DNA of 64,000 nucleotides from Escherichia coli (GTDB lineage Bacteria; Pseudomonadota; Gammaproteobacteria; Enterobacterales; Enterobacteriaceae): NCBI RefSeq assembly GCF_013315695.1, contig NZ_CP054353.1; one strand, 5' to 3'. Shown piece by piece: positions 56,222 to 64,000 of this stretch (position 1 is its first letter; each line of letters starts with the position of its first letter). The notes under the pieces were generated by a model. It saw only the letters and a program-made list of their open reading frames with translations, ran no database searches and was not told where the DNA came from. The position numbers and the translations under genes were made by a program.

Positions 56222-57351
56222 CACACGTTCTGCGCGCCAGAAGGCTGCTGACTGAAGAGGGATGGCTCGATGACCATCAGTTGCGTATTGCTGACGGTGT
56301 AATCGCAGCAATCGAACCGATTCCAGTGGGCGTGACTGAACGCGATGCGGAACTGCTCTGCCCCGCTTACATCGACACCCATGTACACGGTGGTGCGGGC
56401 GTTGATGTAATGGATGACGCGCCGGATGCGCTCGACAAGCTGGCAATGCACAAGGCACGCGAAGGTGTCGGCAGTTGGTTACCGACCACCGTAACCGCGC
56501 CGCTTAATACCATTCATGCGGCGCTGAAACGTATTGCTCTACGCTGCCAGCGTGGCGGACCTGGTGCGCAAGTGCTGGGGAGTTATCTCGAAGGACCGTA
56601 CTTCACGCCGCAGAATAAAGGCGCGCATCCGCCGGAGCTGTTTCGCGAGCTGGAAATTGCCGAGCTGGATCAATTGATTGCCGTTTCTCAGCACACCTTG
56701 CGCGTGGTAGCGCTGGCACCAGAAAAAGAAGGGGCATTGCAGGCCATCCGCCATCTTAAACAGCAAAACGTACGGGTGATGCTGGGGCATAGCGCGGCGA
56801 CCTGGCAACAAACCCGTGCCGCGTTTGACGCTGGTGCCGACGGCCTGGTGCATTGCTATAACGGGATGACAGGTTTACATCACCGCGAACCGGGAATGGT
56901 TGGCGCGGGATTAACGGACAAGCGCGCCTGGCTGGAACTGATAGCCGATGGTCATCATGTACATCCGGCGGCGATGTCGCTGTGTTGTTGCTGTGCGAAA
57001 GAGAGAATCGTGCTGATCACCGACGCGATGCAGGCAGCCGGGATGCCGGATGGTCGCTATACGTTATGTGGTGAAGAAGTGCAGATGCACGATGGCGTTG
57101 TCCGTACCGCGTCCGGTGGGCTGGCGGGCAGTACGCTGTCTGTCGATGCGGCAGTGCGCAACATGGTCGAGTTGACGGGCGTAACGCCTGCGGAAGCCAT
57201 CCATATGGCATCGCTGCATCCGGCGCGTATGCTGGGTGTTGATGGTGTTCTGGGATCGCTTAAACCGGGCAAACGCGCCAGCGTCGTTGCGCTGGATAGC
57301 GGGCTGCATGTGCAACAAATCTGGATTCAGGGTCAATTAGCTTCGTTTTGA
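56218..57351 (+). CDS. agaA: N-acetylgalactosamine-6-phosphate deacetylase (full length)
   Basis: ORF 56197..57351; start at MTHVLRARRLL gives 377 aa; overlaps agaF stop (ATGA). Confidence 0.85.
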   Translation: MTHVLRARRLLTEEGWLDDHQLRIADGVIAAIEPIPVGVTERDAELLCPAYIDTHVHGGAGVDVMDDAPDALDKLAMHKAREGVGSWLPTTVTAPLNTIHAALKRIALRCQRGGPGAQVLGSYLEGPYFTPQNKGAHPPELFRELEIAELDQLIAVSQHTLRVVALAPEKEGALQAIRHLKQQNVRVMLGHSAATWQQTRAAFDAGADGLVHCYNGMTGLHHREPGMVGAGLTDKRAWLELIADGHHVHPAAMSLCCCCAKERIVLITDAMQAAGMPDGRYTLCGEEVQMHDGVVRTASGGLAGSTLSVDAAVRNMVELTGVTPAEAIHMASLHPARMLGVDGVLGSLKPGKRASVVALDSGLHVQQIWIQGQLASF

Positions 57352-57420
57352 TGGTTTGCTCCTTTATTGGGCCTTCACTTCCCCCGTAAGGCCTTTTTTT
57401 TTCTTTCTTTTTGATCTGTG

Positions 57421-57485
57421 CAGCGGTGTCGGATGCGACGCTGACGCGTCTTCTTCGACCTACGGTACGCCGCATCCGGCAATCG
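57421..57485. repeat. REP element pair between agaA and agaS
   Basis: GTCGGATGCGACGCTGACGCGTCTT ... GCCGCATCCGGCA inverted units. Confidence 0.55.
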
Positions 57486-57701
57486 GTGAACATAGCGACG
57501 TTATCACGCAATCCTTTAATCTTCCCTTGTCTTTTCTTTCAATGATCACAAATTTCGTTTTATTTCTTTTTTCTCCATTGAACTTTCAGTTTCTTTTCTA
57601 TAGATTTTAATCAACGAAAGACATCACCAAGTGAAATGAAACGAAAGGTAAGCGAAAGCGACAACGCCCGACGCCAAGTTCATCAGACTAAGGATTGAGT
57701 T

Positions 57702-58856
57702 ATGCCAGAAAATTACACCCCTGCTGCCGCTGCAACCGGTACATGGACTGAAGAAGAGATCCGCCATCAGCCTCGCGCATGGATCCGTTCACTCACCAAC
57801 ATCGACGCGCTACGTTCCGCGCTCAATAACTTCCTTGAACCGTTACTGCGCAAAGAGAATCTGCGGGTAATCCTGACCGGAGCCGGAACCTCGGCATTTA
57901 TCGGTGATATCATCGCGCCGTGGCTCGCCAGCCATACCGGTAAAAACTTCAGCGCCGTACCGACCACCGATCTGGTCACTAATCCGATGGACTACCTGAA
58001 TCCAGCTCATCCGCTACTGTTGATCTCCTTCGGTCGATCCGGCAACAGCCCGGAAAGCGTCGCCGCCGTGGAACTGGCGAATCAGTTTGTACCGGAATGC
58101 TATCACCTGCCGATCACCTGCAACGAAGCGGGCGCTCTTTACCAAAACGCGATCAACAGCGACAACGCGTTTGCCCTGCTGATGCCCGCAGAAACGCACG
58201 ATCGCGGCTTTGCGATGACCAGCAGCATTACCACCATGATGGCCAGCTGCCTCGCGGTTTTCGCACCTGAGACGATCAACAGCCAAACCTTCCGCGATGT
58301 GGCAGATCGTTGCCAGGAAATCCTGACCTCACTGGGCGATTTCAGTGAAGGTGTGTTTGGTTACGCACCGTGGAAACGGATCGTTTATCTCGGCAGCGGT
58401 GGCTTACAGGGCGCAGCACGCGAGTCGGCGCTGAAAGTACTGGAACTGACAGCGGGTAAACTGGCGGCCTTTTATGATTCCCCGACCGGATTCCGTCATG
58501 GACCAAAATCGCTGGTCGATAACGAAACGCTGGTGGTGGTATTTGTCTCCAGCCACCCTTACACCCGTCAGTATGATCTTGATCTGCTGGCAGAACTCCG
58601 CCGCGATAACCAGGCATTGCGCGTAATCGCCATCGCCGCAGAAAGCAACGACGTTATTACCGCCGGTCCACATATCATCCTGCCGCCGTCCCGTCACTTT
58701 ATCGACGTTGAGCAGGCATTTTGCTTCCTGATGTACGCCCAGACGTTTGCACTGATGCAGTCGCTGCACATGGGCAATACGCCGGATACCCCATCAGCCA
58801 GTGGCACCGTTAACCGCGTGGTGCAAGGCGTAATCATTCATCCGTGGCAGGCATAA
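57702..58856 (+). CDS. agaS: Galactosamine-6-phosphate deaminase/isomerase (SIS domains)
   Basis: 384-aa ORF recognised as AgaS. Confidence 0.9.
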   Translation: MPENYTPAAAATGTWTEEEIRHQPRAWIRSLTNIDALRSALNNFLEPLLRKENLRVILTGAGTSAFIGDIIAPWLASHTGKNFSAVPTTDLVTNPMDYLNPAHPLLLISFGRSGNSPESVAAVELANQFVPECYHLPITCNEAGALYQNAINSDNAFALLMPAETHDRGFAMTSSITTMMASCLAVFAPETINSQTFRDVADRCQEILTSLGDFSEGVFGYAPWKRIVYLGSGGLQGAARESALKVLELTAGKLAAFYDSPTGFRHGPKSLVDNETLVVVFVSSHPYTRQYDLDLLAELRRDNQALRVIAIAAESNDVITAGPHIILPPSRHFIDVEQAFCFLMYAQTFALMQSLHMGNTPDTPSASGTVNRVVQGVIIHPWQA

Positions 58857-59729
<873 letters not shown>

Positions 59730-59880
59730 TCATTAGTTTTTTATGATTTATCCCAATGTACTTCCCGATTAATATCGGGGAGTGCCTTAATGGAAAAGGA
59801 GATAACTAAACCTTAATAAATACATCAGTAAAATATCGCAACAATAATATATTTTAAAAAATTATGGTAATGACTCCAAC

Positions 59881-60384
59881 TTATTGATAGTGTTTTATGT
59901 TCAGATAATGCCCGATGACTTTGTCATGCAGCTCCACCGATTTTGAGAACGACAGCGACTTCCGTCCCAGCCGTGCCAGGTGCTGCCTCAGATTCAGGTT
60001 ATGCCGCTCAATTCGCTGCGTATATCGCTTGCTGATTACGTGCAGCTTTCCCTTCAGGCGGGATTCATACAGCGGCCAGCCATCCGTCATCCATATCACC
60101 ACGTCAAAGGGTGACAGCAGGCTCATAAGACGCCCCAGCGTCGCCATAGTGCGTTCACCGAATACGTGCGCAACAACCGTCTTCCGGAGCCTGTCATACG
60201 CGTAAAACAGCCAGCGCTGGCGCGATTTAGCCCCGACATAGCCCCACTGTTCGTCCATTTCCGCGCAGACGATGACGTCACTGCCCGGCTGTATGCGCGA
60301 GGTTACCGACTGCGGCCTGAGTTTTTTAAGTGACGTAAAATCGTGTTGAGGCCAACGCCCATAATGCGGGCTGTTGCCCGGCAT
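59881..60384 (-). CDS. insB: IS1 transposase InsB frame
   Basis: 167-aa ORF identical to copy 1. Confidence 0.9.
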   Translation of the reverse strand: MPGNSPHYGRWPQHDFTSLKKLRPQSVTSRIQPGSDVIVCAEMDEQWGYVGAKSRQRWLFYAYDRLRKTVVAHVFGERTMATLGRLMSLLSPFDVVIWMTDGWPLYESRLKGKLHVISKRYTQRIERHNLNLRQHLARLGRKSLSFSKSVELHDKVIGHYLNIKHYQ

Positions 60385-60578
60385 CCAACGCCATTCATGG
60401 CCATATCAATGATTTTCTGGTGCGTACCGGGTTGAGAAGCGGTGTAAGTGAACTGCAGTTGCCATGTTTTACGGCAGTGAGAGCAGAGATAGCGCTGATG
60501 TCCGGCGGTGCTTTTGCCGTTACGCACCACCCCGTCAGTAACTGAACAGGAGGGACAGCTGATAGAAACAGAAGCCAC
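60303..60578 (-). CDS. insA: IS1 InsA
   Basis: 91-aa ORF differing from copy 1 at one residue (SCSVTDG versus SCSATDG). Confidence 0.9.
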   Translation of the reverse strand: MASVSISCPSCSVTDGVVRNGKSTAGHQRYLCSHCRKTWQLQFTYTASQPGTHQKIIDMAMNGVGCRATARIMGVGLNTILRHLKNSGRSR

Positions 60579-60633
60579 TGGAGCACCTCAAAAACACCAT
60601 CATACACTAAATCAGTAAGTTGGCAGCATCACC

Positions 60634-60844
60634 ACAAACGGTACGTAAATTGGTAGAAGGTGGTATTGACCTGAAAGATGTCAACGTCGGCAATATGCAT
60701 TTCTCGGAAGGGAAAAAGCAAATCAGCAGTAAAGTTTATGTCGATGACCAGGATCTCGCGGACTTACGTTTTATTAAACAACGTGGCGTGAATGTTTTCA
60801 TTCAGGACGTCCCTGGCGATCAAAAAGAACAAATCCCTGACTAA
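60634..60844 (+). pseudogene. agaB: PTS galactosamine-specific IIB component, 5'-truncated at the IS1 junction
   Basis: Only the C-terminal part (..PQTVRKLVEGGIDLKDVNVGNMHFSEGKKQISSKVYVDDQDL...QIPD) is present; no native start codon; the frame is open into the IS1 end. Confidence 0.8.
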
Positions 60845-60882
60845 ATCTAAAATCGCCTTAATATTGGTTTGAGGTAATAAAA

Positions 60883-61686
60883 ATGCATGAAATAACCCTA
60901 CTTCAGGGATTATCCCTGGCGGCGTTAGTTTTCGTTCTGGGGATTGATTTTTGGCTGGAAGCCTTATTTTTATTCCGCCCGATAATCGTTTGTACCCTAA
61001 CTGGCGCTATTCTCGGTGATATTCAGACTGGCTTAATTACCGGTGGTCTGACAGAGTTGGCTTTCGCCGGATTAACCCCTGCAGGTGGTGTTCAACCGCC
61101 CAACCCGATTATGGCGGGTCTGATGACCACCGTCATTGCATGGTCTACGGGCGTTGATGCCAAAACGGCAATTGGTCTTGGCCTGCCGTTTAGTTTGTTA
61201 ATGCAGTACGTCATTCTGTTCTTCTATTCCGCTTTCTCATTATTTATGACCAAAGCCGATAAATGCGCAAAAGAGGCGGATACGGCAGCATTTTCCCGAC
61301 TTAACTGGACAACGATGCTCATCGTCGCTTCAGCGTATGCGGTGATTGCTTTCCTCTGTACTTACCTGGCACAAGGGGCGATGCAGGCGCTGGTGAAAGC
61401 GATGCCCGCCTGGCTGACCCACGGCTTTGAAGTGGCTGGCGGTATTCTGCCTGCCGTTGGTTTTGGCTTGCTGCTGCGCGTGATGTTCAAAGCGCAATAT
61501 ATCCCTTACCTGATCGCCGGTTTCCTGTTCGTTTGCTACATCCAGGTCAGCAACCTGTTGCCGGTTGCCGTGCTGGGCGCAGGCTTTGCGGTGTATGAGT
61601 TTTTCAATGCGAAATCCCGGCAGCAAGCGCAACCGCAGCCCGTTGTCAGTAAAAATGAAGAAGAGGACTACAGCAATGGGATCTGA
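60883..61686 (+). CDS. agaC: PTS galactosamine-specific IIC component
   Basis: 267-aa polytopic ORF recognised as AgaC. Confidence 0.85.
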   Translation: MHEITLLQGLSLAALVFVLGIDFWLEALFLFRPIIVCTLTGAILGDIQTGLITGGLTELAFAGLTPAGGVQPPNPIMAGLMTTVIAWSTGVDAKTAIGLGLPFSLLMQYVILFFYSAFSLFMTKADKCAKEADTAAFSRLNWTTMLIVASAYAVIAFLCTYLAQGAMQALVKAMPAWLTHGFEVAGGILPAVGFGLLLRVMFKAQYIPYLIAGFLFVCYIQVSNLLPVAVLGAGFAVYEFFNAKSRQQAQPQPVVSKNEEEDYSNGI

Positions 61687-62467
61687 AATCAGTAAAAAAG
61701 ATATCACCCGTCTGGGCTTTCGTTCGTCACTGCTACAAGCAAGCTTTAACTACGAAAGGATGCAGGCGGGCGGTTTTACCTGGGCGATGTTGCCGATCCT
61801 GAAAAAGATTTATAAGGACGACAAACCGGGCCTAAGCGCGGCGATGAAAGATAACCTCGAATTTATTAATACCCACCCTAATCTGGTCGGATTTCTGATG
61901 GGGTTATTAATTTCGATGGAAGAAAAAGGAGAAAACCGCGACACCATTAAAGGCCTCAAAGTGGCACTGTTTGGCCCAATCGCCGGGATTGGCGATGCGA
62001 TTTTCTGGTTTACCTTATTGCCGATTATGGCGGGAATTTGCTCATCATTTGCCAGCCAGGGAAACCTGTTGGGGCCGATTTTGTTTTTCGCCGTTTACCT
62101 GCTTATCTTCTTCCTGCGCGTCGGCTGGACCCACGTCGGTTATTCAGTCGGCGTGAAGGCGATCGATAAAGTGCGAAAGAACTCGCAGATGATTGCTCGT
62201 TCGGCAACCATCCTCGGGATCACGGTAATCGGCGGGCTGATCGCTTCGTATGTGCATATTAACGTGGTGACATCGTTTGCCATCGACAGTACCCACAGCG
62301 TCGCACTGCAGCAGGATTTCTTCGATAAAGTCTTCCCGAACATTTTACCGATGGCCTACACCCTGCTGATGTATTACTTCCTGCGGGTGAAAAAAGCGCA
62401 TCCGGTGCTGTTAATCGGCGTGACTTTTGTGCTCTCTATTGTTTGTTCCGCATTCGGCATTTTGTAA
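61676..62467 (+). CDS. agaD: PTS galactosamine-specific IID component
   Basis: ORF 61565..62467; ATG at 61676 (MGSEISKKDITRLG) gives 263 aa, overlapping the agaC stop. Confidence 0.85.
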   Translation: MGSEISKKDITRLGFRSSLLQASFNYERMQAGGFTWAMLPILKKIYKDDKPGLSAAMKDNLEFINTHPNLVGFLMGLLISMEEKGENRDTIKGLKVALFGPIAGIGDAIFWFTLLPIMAGICSSFASQGNLLGPILFFAVYLLIFFLRVGWTHVGYSVGVKAIDKVRKNSQMIARSATILGITVIGGLIASYVHINVVTSFAIDSTHSVALQQDFFDKVFPNILPMAYTLLMYYFLRVKKAHPVLLIGVTFVLSIVCSAFGIL

Positions 62468-63235
62468 ATGGAACGAGGCACTGCGTCTGGCGGTGCCTCT
62501 TTACTTAAGGAATTTCATCCTGTGCAAACCCTTCAACAAGTTGAAAACTATACGGCGTTAAGTGAACGTGCCAGCGAATATTTATTGGCCGTGATCCGTA
62601 GCAAACCGGATGCCGTGATTTGCCTGGCGACCGGAGCCACGCCATTACTGACGTATCATTATTTGGTAGAAAAAATCCACCAGCAGCAGGTTGATGTCAG
62701 CCAGCTTACCTTCGTGAAGCTCGACGAATGGGTGGATCTGCCATTAACGATGCCTGGTACCTGCGAAACTTTCCTACAACAGCATATCGTGCAGCCGCTG
62801 GGGCTGCGTGAAGACCAGCTCATCAGCTTTCGCTCTGAAGAGATAAATGAGACAGAGTGCGAACGGGTAACGAACCTGATTGCGCGCAAAGGCGGTCTGG
62901 ATTTATGCGTTCTCGGATTGGGGAAAAACGGTCATCTTGGGCTGAACGAACCGGGAGAAAACCTGCAACCGGCCTGCCATATCAGTCAACTTGATGCCAG
63001 AACACAGCAACATGAGATGTTAAAAACCGCGGGCCGTCCTGTGACTCGTGGGATCACCTTAGGCCTGAAGGATATTCTCAATGCCCGCGAAGTTTTGTTA
63101 CTGGTGACTGGCGAAGGAAAGCAGGATGCGACAGAACGTTTTCTCACGGCTAAAGTCTCTACCGCTATCCCGGCTTCGTTTTTATGGCTGCATAACTATT
63201 TCACATGCATGATTGATGAGATGTGTCGTCGTTAA
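62468..63235 (+). CDS. agaI: Galactosamine-6-phosphate deaminase/isomerase (NagB-like)
   Basis: 255-aa ORF recognised as AgaI. Confidence 0.85.
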   Translation: MERGTASGGASLLKEFHPVQTLQQVENYTALSERASEYLLAVIRSKPDAVICLATGATPLLTYHYLVEKIHQQQVDVSQLTFVKLDEWVDLPLTMPGTCETFLQQHIVQPLGLREDQLISFRSEEINETECERVTNLIARKGGLDLCVLGLGKNGHLGLNEPGENLQPACHISQLDARTQQHEMLKTAGRPVTRGITLGLKDILNAREVLLLVTGEGKQDATERFLTAKVSTAIPASFLWLHNYFTCMIDEMCRR

Positions 63236-63284
63236 CTCGCCTGCTACAGGCGTTGTAGCGCTATTCCTGCTGCAACGCCTGTAA

Positions 63285-64000
63285 TCACTCCCCCTGCTGC
63301 TCCAGCGCATACTTATACAGCGCGTTTTTTTTCACGCCGTGAATCTCTGCCGCCAGCGCCGCCGCTTTCTTCAGCGGAAGCTCAGCCTGTAACAACGCCA
63401 GCGTGCGCAGGGCATCGGCGGGTAAGTCTTCTTCCTGTGCTTTATGGCCTCCGACAATCAGTACCATTTCGCCTTTGCGACGGTTTTCATCTTCTTTGAC
63501 CCACGCCAGCAGCTCGCCAACGGGCGCGCCGTGAATGGTTTCCCAGGTTTTGGTCAGCTCACGCGCCAGAACGACGTAGCGGGATTCGCCTAATACCGCA
63601 ACGATATCTTCCAGGCTATCTAACAGACGGTGGGTAGATTCATAAAAAATCAGCGTGCGCGGCTCCGCTTCAATGGCTTTTAGCGCATCACGGCGGCCTT
63701 TTGATTTGGCAGGTAAAAAGCCTTCATAACAAAAACGATCGGATGGTAAACCCGCGGCGCTTAACGCAGTGATAGCAGCACACGGCCCGGGTAGCGGCAC
63801 CACGCGAATCCCCGCTTCACGGCAGGTACGCACCAGATGGTAGCCAGGATCGTTAATTAGCGGCGTTCCGGCATCGGAAACCAGCGCAATGTTTTGCCCC
63901 TCTTGCAGCTTCGCCAGCAGCGTTTCGGCTTTTTGTTGTTCGTTATGGTCGTGCAGCGCAAACAACCGAGCATTAATCCCAAAATGTTGCAGCAATAAAC
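63285..64000 (-). CDS. rsmI: 16S rRNA C1402 2'-O-methyltransferase, N-terminus beyond window edge
   Basis: Translation ...[22 protein letters not shown]...KYALEQQGE matches the RsmI (YraL) C-terminal 236 residues; frame is open to the window end. Confidence 0.85.
   Translation of the reverse strand, partial: LLLQHFGINARLFALHDHNEQQKAETLLAKLQEGQNIALVSDAGTPLINDPGYHLVRTCREAGIRVVPLPGPCAAITALSAAGLPSDRFCYEGFLPAKSKGRRDALKAIEAEPRTLIFYESTHRLLDSLEDIVAVLGESRYVVLARELTKTWETIHGAPVGELLAWVKEDENRRKGEMVLIVGGHKAQEEDLPADALRTLALLQAELPLKKAAALAAEIHGVKKNALYKYALEQQGE

Larger units (their letters stand above)
59866..60633 (-). mobile_element. IS1 insertion sequence (768 bp), copy 2, no target-site duplication
   Basis: Same terminal repeats and orientation as copy 1; flanks AAAAAATTAT | IS1 | ACAAACGGT differ, so no 8-9 bp duplication. 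Confidence 0.95.

Overview
This window is an Escherichia coli chromosomal segment, collinear with the K-12 fadH-to-rsmI region, containing core catabolic operons (uxaCA-exuT-exuR, cyuPA, tdcABCDEFG, garPLRK/garD, the aga cluster), the RNase P RNA gene rnpB and two toxin-antitoxin loci. Gene identities and K-12 comparisons are from recognition of the ORF translations and memory of the K-12 map; no database search was run. Three departures from the K-12 layout stand out. (1) An intact four-gene CFA/I-CS1-class (class 5, alternate chaperone-usher) fimbrial operon, visibly AT-rich, sits between exuT and exuR. (2) Two directly oriented 768-bp IS1 copies bracket about 11.1 kb (garD C-terminal part, prlF-yhaV, agaR, kbaZ-agaVWEFA-agaS-kbaY): one is a simple insertion in garD with a 9-bp target duplication, the other has no duplication and abuts a 5'-truncated agaB. 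(3) The higB toxin gene is reduced to a short 3' remnant beside intact higA, and agaI abuts rsmI with no yraHIJK fimbrial operon between them. No CRISPR array, tRNA, rRNA or prophage integrase was seen. The fimbrial operon is the best candidate for an uncharacterised system here; nothing in the window looks like a wholly new system type.
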